This document shows positions 1 to 10,259 of a DNA stretch of 64,000 nt, piece by piece; position 1 is the stretch's first letter, and each line of letters opens with the position of its first letter. Origin of the DNA: Acidobacteriota bacterium (lineage in GTDB: Bacteria > Acidobacteriota > UBA6911). Location of the stretch: assembly GCA_016934295.1 (NCBI GenBank), contig JAFGTD010000152.1, positions 19,624 to 83,623 of the forward strand. The letters are read 5' to 3'. The notes under the pieces were generated by a model. That model was given only the letters and a program-made list of their open reading frames with translations, was not told the origin of the DNA and searched no databases. Made by a program: the position numbers and the translations under genes.

Positions 1-824
1 AGCAAATCGTCGACTGTGAGAATGGAATGCCTGATTTCGCTGGTTAAAAGAATCGGAACCTGTTTCACAAGATCCACGATTCGTTTTTCTTCATTTCCAT
101 AGGTCTTTTGTCTCCGAACATTCCACTGCTGGTCGAACTTGCTTCGCAGCTGTTTCAGAACACGGGATGGAATGCAGATATTCATAAGCCCGGAGTTTTC
201 GCCGATTTTCAATTCCAATTGAATTGCAATAACCGCCTCGCCGGGAGACACGATCTGAAACATCTGCGCTTTGGTCCCTTTATCCTCAAGGTACAGGTCC
301 AGATCGATTACAGGATTCCAGGCAGTCCGCAGGTCCCGCATGGCAAGCCTGAGAACGCCGTCGATAATATTCATTTCAATTTCGGTTAAATTCCTGTTGT
401 CTGTCGGGGCATTTCCGGGGCCGCCCAGGATCATGTCAATCATGGGGAATACCACCGCCGGATTCATTTCCAGTGCAAGATTGTCGTCCAACGGGCGCAT
501 CCCGATACTGGAGAACATTGTCGGATCCGGAATTCCCTTCAGGAACGCGGAATAGGATTCCTGCTCCAGATTCACCAGTTTTACATCTACAAAATTCCTG
601 AGATACGCCGACAGGGAAGACGCGAAATTCCGGCCGAAATACTCATGCATCAGATGTACGGACCGCATCTGGTCCTGCGATATACGGTCTGCACGGTGAA
701 AATCATATTTCGTGACTTTTCGTTCGGACGGACTTATTTCCTCGGACGCTTCCAGGTCTACATTTTCCGAGGACATCGCCGAAAAAAGTGCGTTAATTTC
801 ATCTTGAGAAAGTACTTTATCCAT
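1..824 (-). CDS. fliM: Flagellar motor switch protein FliM, partial (C-terminus lies beyond the window start). It was not in the ORF track because it runs off the edge.
   Basis: Manual reverse-complement translation from the ATG at 824 gives MDKVLSQDEINALFSAMSSE... (the LSQDEIDALL CheY-P-binding N-terminal peptide). Downstream motifs YDF, LMHEYF, MILGGPG...NLTEIE and NICIPS are typical of FliM. The listed + strand ORFs at 108-842 are antisense artefacts. Confidence 0.8.
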   Translation of the reverse strand, partial: MDKVLSQDEINALFSAMSSENVDLEASEEISPSERKVTKYDFHRADRISQDQMRSVHLMHEYFGRNFASSLSAYLRNFVDVKLVNLEQESYSAFLKGIPDPTMFSSIGMRPLDDNLALEMNPAVVFPMIDMILGGPGNAPTDNRNLTEIEMNIIDGVLRLAMRDLRTAWNPVIDLDLYLEDKGTKAQMFQIVSPGEAVIAIQLELKIGENSGLMNICIPSRVLKQLRSKFDQQWNVRRQKTYGNEEKRIVDLVKQVPILLTSEIRHSILTVDDL

Positions 825-835
825 AACAATAAAAG

Positions 836-1606
836 TTACTGATCCTGTCCGTTCATCTTTTTAAGTTTCGTGCGCAGCCGCAGCATGGCCTTGGTATGGA
901 GCTGGGACACACGGGATTCATTGACGCCGAGAACTTTCCCGATCTCTTTCATCGTCAGTTCGTCAAAGTAATAGAGCGAAACAACCAGACGTTCTTTTTT
1001 GGGAAGCGTATCGATAGCTGTGCTGAGAATGCCTTGAATTTCCGATTTATGGAATACGAAAAACGGATCCATCTGAGGCGCATCCGGAACATACTTTACC
1101 AACGGTTCCCCGCTTTTCTCTTCGTCTTGAGAAGAAAGCTCTTGAAAGCTGCCGAGGTTCAATCCCTTGATCTGGTCCACCAGTTCGTAGAATTCTTCCA
1201 GAGAGATCTCCATCTCATCGCAGACCTCTTTATCCGTAGCCGGACGTCCCAATCGCTGTTCCAGTTCACGGTAGACTTTTTCAAGGTCCTTGCTCTTTTT
1301 TCGCAGCGAGCGCGGCGCCCAGTCCAGATTTCGCAAACTGTCTAAAATAGCTCCTTTAATCCGAAGTTCTGCATAGGTTTTGAATTTCACGCCCCGGTTC
1401 GCATCGAACTTGTCAATAGCGTCCAGCAATCCCAGTACGCCGGCGCTGACAAGGTCGTTCAGCTCTACATGCGACGGCAGCTTTGTGGAAATACGCTGGG
1501 CGATGTACTTGATCTGGGGTAGATGCTCAAGGATCAGCTCATCACGTTCCGTATTCGATTGAACCGTTGATTCGTAAGCTTTGGACTGACTGACCAATTC
1601 CTGCAT
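836..1606 (-). CDS. fliA: Flagellar sigma factor sigma-28 (FliA/WhiG family)
   Basis: 256 aa with sigma70 regions 2-4. The N-terminus (ELILEHLPQIKYIAQRI) and the C-terminal HTH (LTMKEIGKVLGVNESRVSQL) are typical of FliA. Its position after flhF-flhG is also typical. Confidence 0.9.
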   Translation of the reverse strand: MQELVSQSKAYESTVQSNTERDELILEHLPQIKYIAQRISTKLPSHVELNDLVSAGVLGLLDAIDKFDANRGVKFKTYAELRIKGAILDSLRNLDWAPRSLRKKSKDLEKVYRELEQRLGRPATDKEVCDEMEISLEEFYELVDQIKGLNLGSFQELSSQDEEKSGEPLVKYVPDAPQMDPFFVFHKSEIQGILSTAIDTLPKKERLVVSLYYFDELTMKEIGKVLGVNESRVSQLHTKAMLRLRTKLKKMNGQDQ

Positions 1607-1708
1607 TTTTATATCCTCTTACACGGGACTGCGGTAAAAGATGCAATCCTGATGGCTATTCAATAAGCATTGTTATGTCCCCCCTAAAGAGGGTCGGGAG
1701 ACAAAATT

Positions 1709-2626
1709 TCAATTAACCCAATCATTCAACAGTTTTTCCCAAACAAGTCCTCCCTCGAACTGTTCCGCGCGCCCCTGCTGTCCGAGCCGCCGCGCCAAAT
1801 TCCGAAAACACCTGCTTGAAGAAGCGTTGGGGAAACGGTGTGTTACCAGCGTCTGACTGCGGACAGCCTGCGGCACATGGGCGTCGTGGTCCACATGGCC
1901 GAGATAATCCACTTCCCTGTTTAGAAATCTCTTGACGACTGAATTTATCTGGCAGTAAACCTCGTGGGCGTCATCCGCACTTTCAACTGAATTAATAAGA
2001 ACCTGTATCTTTTTTTTGGGATCTTCGGCCAGAATTATTTTAATCACCGCGTATGCGTCAACGATTGCAGTCGGTTCCGGAGCGCTGACGACAATCACTT
2101 CCTGGGCTGACAACAGAAAGTGAATGACATTTCGCGAAATGCCGGCTGCAGTATCTATAATGAAATAATCCGTGTCGACATCCAGGTTGGAGAAGCATTC
2201 CACCAGGTGATTTCTTTGGGCCGACGTCAGTTCCGACATTCGCTGAAGTCCCGAACTGGCAGGGATGATTCGAATACCCTTCGGACCCTGAATCATTATT
2301 TCAGTCAACGATTTATTCCCGAAAAGCACGTGTCCGAGATGGTATCGAGGAGTCAATCCGAGCAATACGTCGAGATTTGCCAGACCGAAATCCGCATCCA
2401 GCACCACAACTTTATGGCCCAACTCAGAAAGGCTGACGGCCAGATTTGCAACTACGTTTGTCTTTCCGACACCGCCTTTTCCGCTGGTCACAGCCACAAT
2501 CTTGGGGCCTGCAGCGTCGATCTTCAAAATGGATCCCTCGGATGAGGAAAGCCGGGAAGATTGCGATTTCGGACTTTGATGTCCGGTTGCACTGTGATTT
2601 CTATTGAACTCAGGCTTCATAATCAT
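1709..2626 (-). CDS. flhG: MinD/ParA-family ATPase FlhG (FleN), flagellar number regulator
   Basis: Deviant Walker A motif KGGVGKT. It sits immediately downstream of flhF with a 4-nt overlap. Confidence 0.85.
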   Translation of the reverse strand: MIMKPEFNRNHSATGHQSPKSQSSRLSSSEGSILKIDAAGPKIVAVTSGKGGVGKTNVVANLAVSLSELGHKVVVLDADFGLANLDVLLGLTPRYHLGHVLFGNKSLTEIMIQGPKGIRIIPASSGLQRMSELTSAQRNHLVECFSNLDVDTDYFIIDTAAGISRNVIHFLLSAQEVIVVSAPEPTAIVDAYAVIKIILAEDPKKKIQVLINSVESADDAHEVYCQINSVVKRFLNREVDYLGHVDHDAHVPQAVRSQTLVTHRFPNASSSRCFRNLARRLGQQGRAEQFEGGLVWEKLLNDWVN

Positions 2627-3837
2627 TCCTTAAATGCGACGTCGTTTCGGTTAAGGACCAGGTCCAGAATGCATTCTCCCGTTGCCGTATGAAGGTCGTC
2701 GGGCACTCTTTGCCCATCGCTGTAATAAGAGAATGATTTCTGCGTGCGGATAATTTCGTTTAATATCGGCCCGGGAGTCGTCGTTTCATCCAGTTTTGTA
2801 AACAACAGATGATCGGGTCCGCAAATTTCGAAATTATCCACTACGGCGCGGAGGTCCTGTGATTTCGTGGCGACACTCAGGACCAGGTGTCTCTCAATAT
2901 CATTGGATTTTCTTAAAAATTCAGCCAGAGGATGCATTGCGCCAAGATCCCGAGGGCTGCGTCCTGCGGTATCGATAAGGATATAATCACGCTGTTTGTG
3001 TTCTTCAATCGTGTGAACCAGGTCGGGCAACTGGTCGACAAATCGAAAAGGTATGCCCATCAGACCGGCATAGGTACGCAGTTGATCGATGGCTCCAATG
3101 CGGTACCCGTCCGTTGTTACAAGGAGCACCTTCTTTTTCTTCTTCAAAGCCAGATGCGCTGCGAGTTTGGCTATAGATGTTGTTTTGCCGACTCCGGTAG
3201 GGCCTACAAACGCTACGATTCTTTTCTTCGGGATTCCATCCCGATCCGGTATTGCAGGAATCATTGAGAGCGCCGCCCGGGCAACGGATTGAACTAATGC
3301 ACTGCGGCTGCGCCGTTGTCCGGATGTCAGTTCATCCCACGCCATGGACATCAGTTTCTTTGCGAGTGCCGCTTCTACGCCATTGTCGATAAGATTGCGG
3401 CAGAGGCAGCTGGCAACCCTGCCTTTAAAAAGCAGCCCTGCATTTTTTCCCGTTTCCCGCGATGCCTTCCTGTCTGAAGTTTGAAGAACTTGTTCGATAC
3501 TGCGGCGTTTACGGGATGCAACGGAACGTTTTCCCGCAAGTTTTTCTGGAGAGTAGGTTCCGGTATGGACAACGCCCGGCAATGTTTCCAGGGATTCCGC
3601 ATCAGGATGAAACGTTCTGTTTTCAGAATTACTGAATTCATCCTTCTCGGATAAAAAGTCGACGGCTTCGGCATCGTCGCAGGCGGCGACCACTTCAAAC
3701 CCGGAGGAGTGCCCCCAAACACCCGACCTGCAAGGGATTTCCTTCGTGGAGAGCAGAATGGCATCCGAACCCAGATGGGTTTTAATCTCTTTGAATGCTT
3801 CCGCCATGGTTCTGGAATAGAAGGTTTTTATCTTCAT
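2623..3837 (-). CDS. flhF: SRP-type GTPase FlhF, flagellar placement
   Basis: N-terminus MKIKTFYSRTMAEAFKEIKTHLG. The NG domain has GPTGVGKTT, DTAGR and TKLDET motifs. Confidence 0.9.
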   Translation of the reverse strand: MKIKTFYSRTMAEAFKEIKTHLGSDAILLSTKEIPCRSGVWGHSSGFEVVAACDDAEAVDFLSEKDEFSNSENRTFHPDAESLETLPGVVHTGTYSPEKLAGKRSVASRKRRSIEQVLQTSDRKASRETGKNAGLLFKGRVASCLCRNLIDNGVEAALAKKLMSMAWDELTSGQRRSRSALVQSVARAALSMIPAIPDRDGIPKKRIVAFVGPTGVGKTTSIAKLAAHLALKKKKKVLLVTTDGYRIGAIDQLRTYAGLMGIPFRFVDQLPDLVHTIEEHKQRDYILIDTAGRSPRDLGAMHPLAEFLRKSNDIERHLVLSVATKSQDLRAVVDNFEICGPDHLLFTKLDETTTPGPILNEIIRTQKSFSYYSDGQRVPDDLHTATGECILDLVLNRNDVAFKE

Positions 3838-3838
3838 C

Positions 3839-5923
3839 CTAGGTCACCATCCCCAGAGAGAGAATCCGAATGCTGTGTGGAACTTCGCTGTGGGACAGAA
3901 TGGCAACATTCGGCAAAAACCGCTCCAACAGCTGTCTTACGTACATACGGATATTGGGAGAACAGAGAACAACCGGGTTGCCGGAAGATCCCGCCGTTTC
4001 CACAATGCTGCGGAAACGGTTCATGATGTCTTTCGCCTGTTGAGGCTCCAGGGCAAGGTAGGATCCCTGATCTGAATTCACCACTGCATCCTGAATATTT
4101 TTCTCGAGTTCGGGACCGACCGTGAAAACCTGGAGTTCTCCGTCTTCGGTCTGGTAAGGCTTACAGACAGATCGTCCGAGTGTCTGGCGACAATATTCCG
4201 TCAGCAGGGCTGTATTTTTTGTATAGGCGCCGAAATCCGCGAGCGTTTCCAGAATTGTCACGGTATCCCGGATGCTGACCCTTTCTTTCAACAGGTTCTG
4301 CAGTACCTTCTGAACATCTCCCACCGACAGAACCTTGGGCACCAGCTCCTCCACAACTTTCGGATGGGTTTCGGAAACCATATCCAGCAGGCTTTTTGTC
4401 TCCTGTCGTCCGAGAAGTTCGTATGCATGAGCCTTGATGATTTCGGTAAGATGCGTTGCCAGTACCGTTGCCGGATCCACCAGCGTATAGCCGGCAGCCT
4501 GCGCCTTTTCCCGTTCCTGTGTTTTAATCCATTTTGCCTGCAGTCCGAACGCAGGCTCGACGGTCTTCAGACCTGGAATTTCCTCATGGGCAGTGCCGGG
4601 ATTGATTGCCAGGAGGTGATCCTGAACCAGATCTCCGCGTGCAATCTGCACACCCTTCAATAAAATGGCATACTGTTTGGGATTTAATTGCAGGTTGTCC
4701 GTGATATGCACGGGCGGAACGATCAATCCCATTTCAAGCGCGATCTGGCGGCGAATGGATTTAATACGCTCCAGGAAATCGCCCCCCTGACTCGCATCTA
4801 CGTACCGTATCAGTCCGTATCCCATTTCTATTCCGAGCAGATCAACCTTTAGAAGCCCTTCGATCCTGTCTTTCGGCTTCTCCGCAGCATCTTTTTCCGA
4901 TTTCGCCTTTTCAAGAACCAGCGTTTCCTCTTTTTGCTTATTCCTTCTCTGGTAAGCCAGGAGCCCGGTTATGGATCCAAGGACGAAAAACGGCATCATC
5001 GGAAGGCCCGGGATCATACCGAAAATGAAGAGAAAGCCGGATCCGATGGCAACGGGGATAGGATTTTTTAAGAGCTGGGTTGTGACCTCTTCGCCGAGGT
5101 TTGTTTCCGAAGCGGCGCGCGTCGTGATAATGCCGCCGGCAACCGATATCAACAGCGACGGAATAGCCGTCACCAGTCCATCGCCGATTGTCAGGACCGT
5201 GAATCGTTTCGCCGCATCCGCAAGTTCCATATCAAACTCAAGAACGCCGATCAAAAATCCGCCAATTATATTGATTGTGAGGATTATGATGCTTGCGATT
5301 GCATCGCGGGCCGTAAAGCGAATGGCGCCGTCCATGGCTCCATAAAATTCTGATTCCCTGGCAATCTGGGTTCTGCGTTCCCGCGCTTCGGCTTCATTGA
5401 TTATCCCGGCATTCATATCCGCATCAATAGCCATCTGTTTCCCCGGCATCGCATCCAGGGTAAACCGGGCGGTAACTTCCGAAATGCGGGTGGCACCGTG
5501 GTTGATTACGATATATTGGATCGCTATCAGTACGAGGAATACGACGATGCCGACGAAGTAATTGCCTCCGACTACAAATTGACCGAAAGACTTGATGACC
5601 TCTCCTGCTGCATCTTCACCCCCGGAGCCGTGCAGCAATATGAGCCGGGTAGAGGCAATATTCAAAGAAAGTCGGAATAGCGTAATTATGAGAAGGAGCG
5701 ATGGGAATACGGAAAAACTGACCGGTTGATTGATATACATCGATACCAGCAGAACTAAAATGGAACACGTAATATTAAGGCTGATCAGGAGATCCATGAT
5801 CATGGTGGGCATGGGTATAACCATGACTAGCAGGATCCCCATTACGCCGACGGGGATAACCATGTGGAGTTTTCCGAAGGCTTTTGCAAGGTTGGTAAGT
5901 GTGGCTGTCGATTCAACACTCAT
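3839..5923 (-). CDS. flhA: Flagellar export apparatus protein FlhA
   Basis: The ORF is 748 aa, but the probable start is the ATG at 5923 (MSVESTATL...), which has a GGAGA upstream, giving about 694 aa. It has the conserved FlhA TM region and a cytoplasmic domain. Confidence 0.9.
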   Translation of the reverse strand: MSVESTATLTNLAKAFGKLHMVIPVGVMGILLVMVIPMPTMIMDLLISLNITCSILVLLVSMYINQPVSFSVFPSLLLIITLFRLSLNIASTRLILLHGSGGEDAAGEVIKSFGQFVVGGNYFVGIVVFLVLIAIQYIVINHGATRISEVTARFTLDAMPGKQMAIDADMNAGIINEAEARERRTQIARESEFYGAMDGAIRFTARDAIASIIILTINIIGGFLIGVLEFDMELADAAKRFTVLTIGDGLVTAIPSLLISVAGGIITTRAASETNLGEEVTTQLLKNPIPVAIGSGFLFIFGMIPGLPMMPFFVLGSITGLLAYQRRNKQKEETLVLEKAKSEKDAAEKPKDRIEGLLKVDLLGIEMGYGLIRYVDASQGGDFLERIKSIRRQIALEMGLIVPPVHITDNLQLNPKQYAILLKGVQIARGDLVQDHLLAINPGTAHEEIPGLKTVEPAFGLQAKWIKTQEREKAQAAGYTLVDPATVLATHLTEIIKAHAYELLGRQETKSLLDMVSETHPKVVEELVPKVLSVGDVQKVLQNLLKERVSIRDTVTILETLADFGAYTKNTALLTEYCRQTLGRSVCKPYQTEDGELQVFTVGPELEKNIQDAVVNSDQGSYLALEPQQAKDIMNRFRSIVETAGSSGNPVVLCSPNIRMYVRQLLERFLPNVAILSHSEVPHSIRILSLGMVT

Positions 5924-6044
5924 TTTTTCTGTGAATCTCCTGATCGCAATTCTTTCGCTCGGCTGAATGGAGACGCAATTTGCATTCCACTCTATGGGTC
6001 CAAGGCATCTTTTCTCCGCAGAATGTTTCTGAAGTAGAGTGTTG

Positions 6045-7112
6045 TTATCGATGTAAGACGGTCTTAGCCTTGTAAATATAGGCAAGTATTTCAGCTACCG
6101 CCCTGTAGAGATGCGCCGGGATATATTCTCCAATTTCAACGGATTTATATAAGGCCCGGGCCAGCGGTTTGTTTTCCACCTGCGGAATTCCGTGCTGCTG
6201 TGCCAACTCTTTTATTTTCTGCGCCAAAAATCCGACACCTTTAGCAATAACCTTTGGCGCTTCCATAGAGTCCATCTTATAGGACAGGGCAATGGCGTAA
6301 TGTGTCGGGTTCGTGATAATTACATCCGCTTTCGGTACTTCCGCCATCATTCGCCGCCGGGCCATTGCACGCTGAATCCTCCGGATGCGTCCTTTCGTGG
6401 TCGGATCTCCTTCCATCTCCTTGTATTCTTCCTTAACCTCTTTTTTGCTCATCTTCATCTGTTCTCTAAAGCGGTATTTCTGGAAACAGAAGTCGAAGAG
6501 CGCAACTAAAACCATCAAAATGGCGATTCGGATCAATACGTTGAAACTTATGGACGCAATCCAGTAGATAATTTTCCTCTGATCCATCAATACCAACCGG
6601 GGATAAAGCGAGAGGTGGCTTACGATCACCTGGTAGGTTATTAGAGTAACCACACTGACGACAACCAGGCTTTTAATAAGTTCGACAAGCCCGTTCTTCG
6701 AAAATATTTTCTTTAAACCATTCTTGGGATTGAGTTTTTCCGGCTTCAACTTCAATGAATGGGTTGAAAATGCCAGGCCTCCCTGCAGAATATTTGAAAA
6801 AACGGAAATGCCGAGAACTCCCACTAGAATGGGAACCATAACCGAGGCCGTTCGTACCGTGATGCCCTGGACCATTGTCGTAAGATAAGACATGCTGATT
6901 TCCTGAGGCACACGCAGGTTAAGCAGGTAATACATTTCATTCTGCAGGGTATGGAAGAAATCCTTACCGAAGTAATAGAGCATTAAAACGACGCCCATTA
7001 GTACGGCTGCGGCAGGAACCTCGCGGCTTCTTGCGACCTGGCCTTTTTCACGCGCTTTTTTCAGCTTTCTTCTAGTGGGTTGTTCTGTTTTTTTATCTGT
7101 CCCACCAGCCAT
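6045..7112 (-). CDS. flhB: Flagellar export apparatus protein FlhB
   Basis: 355 aa. The NPTH autocleavage motif (ITNPTHYAIAL) is present. Confidence 0.9.
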   Translation of the reverse strand: MAGGTDKKTEQPTRRKLKKAREKGQVARSREVPAAAVLMGVVLMLYYFGKDFFHTLQNEMYYLLNLRVPQEISMSYLTTMVQGITVRTASVMVPILVGVLGISVFSNILQGGLAFSTHSLKLKPEKLNPKNGLKKIFSKNGLVELIKSLVVVSVVTLITYQVIVSHLSLYPRLVLMDQRKIIYWIASISFNVLIRIAILMVLVALFDFCFQKYRFREQMKMSKKEVKEEYKEMEGDPTTKGRIRRIQRAMARRRMMAEVPKADVIITNPTHYAIALSYKMDSMEAPKVIAKGVGFLAQKIKELAQQHGIPQVENKPLARALYKSVEIGEYIPAHLYRAVAEILAYIYKAKTVLHR

Positions 7113-7121
7113 ACAGGCTCC

Positions 7122-7898
7122 CTAGCCCAGATGCACGAGCGTAAAAATGGTTTTATAAAGAGAAGCGAAAACGATTTCCAAATAGCGTGGGATGAAATAC
7201 AGGGAAAAGCTCAAACAGCTGAAACCGACCAGCAGCTTCAACGGCAACCCTAATATCAAGATGTGCAACTGCGGCGCCGACCGCCCGATGATGCCTACGA
7301 CAATATCGGTTATTATGGTAACGACAATCACCGGCCCGGCAATTCTCAAGCCTATGATAAATATCTGTGACGAAAGATGGACAATGTATTCAACCAGAGA
7401 GGCTTGAATCTGAATGCCGCCAACAGGCATAAGGTGAAAGCTCTCACTTATGGCCCTTAGAAACCAGTGGTGCCCGTTAAGAAGAAGGAAAAAAAGAATG
7501 CCGATGTAATTATGAATAAATGAAAATACCGGAGACTCCACATTGGTTTGCGGGTCGATCAGCTTAATCAGCGAGAATCCCATCTGGAAGGATATTATCT
7601 GTCCGGCGTATTGTATTCCAGCGAACACCAGGTTTGCGGCAAGACCCAGTATCATCCCCGCGACGATTTCACCGATTAAAATCAGGGTGACGCCGGTCAG
7701 GCTGAGCCCATCGGGAACGAAATCGACCGGCAGCAGGCGTGCCAGCAGAAAAGACGTTACCAGGGCGAATGCGATCCGGACCTGGTACGGGATTGACGGA
7801 CTGCCGAAAAAGGGGGCGAATACAATCAGCCCGGATACCCGCAACAGGACAATGACAAATTGAAGAATTTCAGTTGGAGAAAATATAATGGCGGGCAT
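7122..7898 (-). CDS. fliR: Flagellar export apparatus protein FliR
   Basis: 258-aa polytopic membrane protein positioned between fliQ and flhB. Confidence 0.85.
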   Translation of the reverse strand: MPAIIFSPTEILQFVIVLLRVSGLIVFAPFFGSPSIPYQVRIAFALVTSFLLARLLPVDFVPDGLSLTGVTLILIGEIVAGMILGLAANLVFAGIQYAGQIISFQMGFSLIKLIDPQTNVESPVFSFIHNYIGILFFLLLNGHHWFLRAISESFHLMPVGGIQIQASLVEYIVHLSSQIFIIGLRIAGPVIVVTIITDIVVGIIGRSAPQLHILILGLPLKLLVGFSCLSFSLYFIPRYLEIVFASLYKTIFTLVHLG

Positions 7899-7969
7899 TA
7901 TTCAGACATTCGCAACCCACGTTTAAATATGCAGGATAAAAGCGGGTTTGTTCCGGCACATAGTATGCA

Positions 7970-8239
7970 TCAATACACATAGCGCCCAAGTTGACTGAAA
8001 AGCTGCGCGGTAAACGACAGCAGGACATTCATCATCCATGGAAGCGCCAGAAGAAAAACCACCAAAACCGCAATAATTCTGGGTACAAAAGACATCGTCA
8101 TGTCCTGGATGGATGTTACGACCTGCGTAATGCTGACAACGAGACCGACAACCAGAGCGGTGATGAGCAGTGGGCCGCTGACCATCAGGGTAATCTGCAG
8201 TGTATCTTTCGCCAGCTTCAGAATCATAGTCTGATTCAT
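7970..8239 (-). CDS. fliQ: Flagellar export apparatus protein FliQ
   Basis: 89 aa with two TM helices. Sequence matches the FliQ family. Confidence 0.9.
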   Translation of the reverse strand: MNQTMILKLAKDTLQITLMVSGPLLITALVVGLVVSITQVVTSIQDMTMSFVPRIIAVLVVFLLALPWMMNVLLSFTAQLFSQLGRYVY

Positions 8240-8260
8240 AGGATGGATCTCCCAAAAATT

Positions 8261-9037
8261 CTAATAGAAGCTCTTGACGAGCGAACCGATAACCAGGTTC
8301 CACCCATCCACCATTACAAAAAGAAGTATTTTGAAAGGCGTGGATATCATGATCGGAGGAAGCTGCATCATCCCCATGGACAGCAGAACCGACGCGGTAA
8401 CCATATCGATAACCAGAAATGGAAGAAAAACCGCGAATCCGATCTGAAAAGCTGATTTCAGCTCTGAAATCATAAAAGCAGGAATCAGTACTCTCATCGG
8501 AAGGTCCTGCATCTCTTGGGGTTTCGGCTGCTTTGCGATATTCAGGAAAAGAGCGATATCCTTCTCTCGGGTATATCGAAGCATGAACTCACGCAGGGGA
8601 CTGCAGGCGCGATCCAGTGCCTGCATTTCCGTCATTTCCCCGTTTATCATCGGCTGCAGTGCTTCCTGGTTCACGCGTTCTATAACCGGCTGCATAATGA
8701 AAAAGGTAAGAAACAGTGAAAGGCCGACCAGCACCTGATTCGGAGGCATCGTTTGAGTTCCAAGCGCCTGCCTGAGAAAATGAGCCACTATTATCAAACG
8801 CGTAAAGGATGTAACGGAAATCAGGATGGCCGGGATAAAGGTCAGCAGCGTCAGAAGCAGCAAGACTCTGATAGGGGTAGTCAATCCCTCCTGGCCGTCC
8901 CCGCCGCCGATGCGCAGTTCTACTCCCGAGAAACCGTCCTCGGCGGAGAACGCCGGTTGCGCCGCCGCAAGGAATAGAACGATTCCAACAAGCAGGAGTA
9001 ACTTATACACTTTGATTTTCCGCACTCCTATATACCT
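8261..9037 (-). CDS. fliP: Flagellar export apparatus protein FliP
   Basis: Conserved FliP core. The ORF extends to 9103, but the signal-peptide Met (MRYIGV...) at 9037 is the likely start. Confidence 0.9.
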   Translation of the reverse strand, partial: RYIGVRKIKVYKLLLLVGIVLFLAAAQPAFSAEDGFSGVELRIGGGDGQEGLTTPIRVLLLLTLLTFIPAILISVTSFTRLIIVAHFLRQALGTQTMPPNQVLVGLSLFLTFFIMQPVIERVNQEALQPMINGEMTEMQALDRACSPLREFMLRYTREKDIALFLNIAKQPKPQEMQDLPMRVLIPAFMISELKSAFQIGFAVFLPFLVIDMVTASVLLSMGMMQLPPIMISTPFKILLFVMVDGWNLVIGSLVKSFY

Positions 9038-9127
9038 CATTCGGCGTCCGCGGTTCTGGATCAGGTTGTTGACAACCCTATAAATCTTTTTTCCGGAAGG
9101 CATCTCGAAGTCTTAATTTAAATGGAG

Positions 9128-9763
9128 TTACCGTTCCAGCGCCTCTCTTAATAAACGCATTTTAGTTCGAATATCTTCAGGCAGGGGATTTCCGGGATTC
9201 GGCACAGGACGTTTTTTCTCAAACTCAAACAGGTTTCTGAAAGAATTCCCTGATTCTTTTCTTTCCTTTTCCACGGAAGGCCTGGAAGGTTCATTGACTT
9301 CAGTTTGCAACGGGATCGGTTCGGAAATTTCTGTCAGGAGATTTATCTGATGCGCTGTATTCCCTATCAGAAAGCGCTTATCGGCAACCTGAATCAACGC
9401 AATAGAGCGCCGGTCTCCCATGGATAACGTCTCCAGTATCTTTAAGTTCTGTTCGGAGCTGGCTTTTTGAAAATATTGCGGGAAGAATTTCCTCGTACCG
9501 AAATACAGGGCGACCATTAAGCAAAGAACCAGGCCCAGGCCGCCAACAGTCCGATATAGAGGAAACTGGAAGGATTCATCGGACGTTTCGGGTACAAGAG
9601 TCTCTTGATGCTGCTTCTGGAAAGGGATTTCCATCTTTGCGGATTCTTCGGATTCGATTATACCGGCGTCTCCGGGGGATTCCCCGGCAGGCAGAATGCC
9701 GGTAAATACCGAAATTACTATAGCGATCATTAAGACTGACCTGAATGCCTTCATCATCATCAT
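9128..9763 (-). CDS. fliO: Flagellar biosynthesis protein FliO (FliZ-like)
   Basis: TM segments are followed by KILETLSMGDRRSIALIQVADKRFLIGNTAHQINLL, which matches the FliO C-terminal motif. It lies between fliN and fliP. Confidence 0.6.
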   Translation of the reverse strand: MMMMKAFRSVLMIAIVISVFTGILPAGESPGDAGIIESEESAKMEIPFQKQHQETLVPETSDESFQFPLYRTVGGLGLVLCLMVALYFGTRKFFPQYFQKASSEQNLKILETLSMGDRRSIALIQVADKRFLIGNTAHQINLLTEISEPIPLQTEVNEPSRPSVEKERKESGNSFRNLFEFEKKRPVPNPGNPLPEDIRTKMRLLREALER

Positions 9764-9773
9764 TACTAATCCC

Positions 9774-10094
9774 CTAAAGAATCACATTAAAATCCGTTAA
9801 ACGCACACCCGTGGTGCCTTCCAATTCGAGCACTTCTCCGCCGGCAATCAGCCGGTTATTAACAAGAACATCCACGTTCTCACCGGCAGATTTCGGCATT
9901 TCAACGATGGAGTTTTCCCGGAGCTGAAGAATATCTCTTATTTTCATGTTGCAGCTGGCTAATTGGACGGTTATCCGTACCGGTACATCCATAAAATCTT
10001 TTGCTTCATCCATTACTGAATGGTGGCCGTTCGTTTTTTCACTTTTTTCGGATTCTGACATTCCATCCCCCTGAATCCTATACAGATGCTCCAT
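9774..10094 (-). CDS. fliN: Flagellar motor switch protein FliN (SpoA domain)
   Basis: C-terminal VPVRITVQLASCNMKIRDILQLRENSIVEM...VLVNNRLIAGGEVLELEGTTGVRLTDFNV is the SpoA/FliN fold. An alternative start at 10061 is possible. Confidence 0.75.
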   Translation of the reverse strand: MEHLYRIQGDGMSESEKSEKTNGHHSVMDEAKDFMDVPVRITVQLASCNMKIRDILQLRENSIVEMPKSAGENVDVLVNNRLIAGGEVLELEGTTGVRLTDFNVIL

Positions 10095-10214
10095 CGTTAT
10101 TAAAAATTCGGCGGTGCAAAAAGGTGTTTCTCTTTACTCACGGAGCTTACTTCTCCAGGTAGCAGCTACTCGAGTCACCGAAAGATTCCTGAAGCGTCGT
10201 GTAATGAATTTCAC

Positions 10215-10253
10215 ATCCGGATGCAATTGCGGGATTGCTCGGCTCATCCGGAT
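10215..10253. promoter_or_regulatory. Two copies of the palindrome ATCCGGAT, 31 bp apart, with an internal GCAATTGC palindrome, in the fliL-fliN intergenic spacer
   Basis: ATCCGGAT occurs at 10215-10222 and 10246-10253. Together they also form a 7-bp stem (CCGGATG/CATCCGG). The element sits within an unusually long 165-nt intra-operon gap. Confidence 0.3.
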
Positions 10254-10259
10254 ATTCCC

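Noticed and set aside
108-842. + strand ORFs 108-389, 271-555 and 645-842
   Set aside because: They lie antisense to a clearly recognisable fliM on the minus strand. They have no Shine-Dalgarno sequence or domain similarity.
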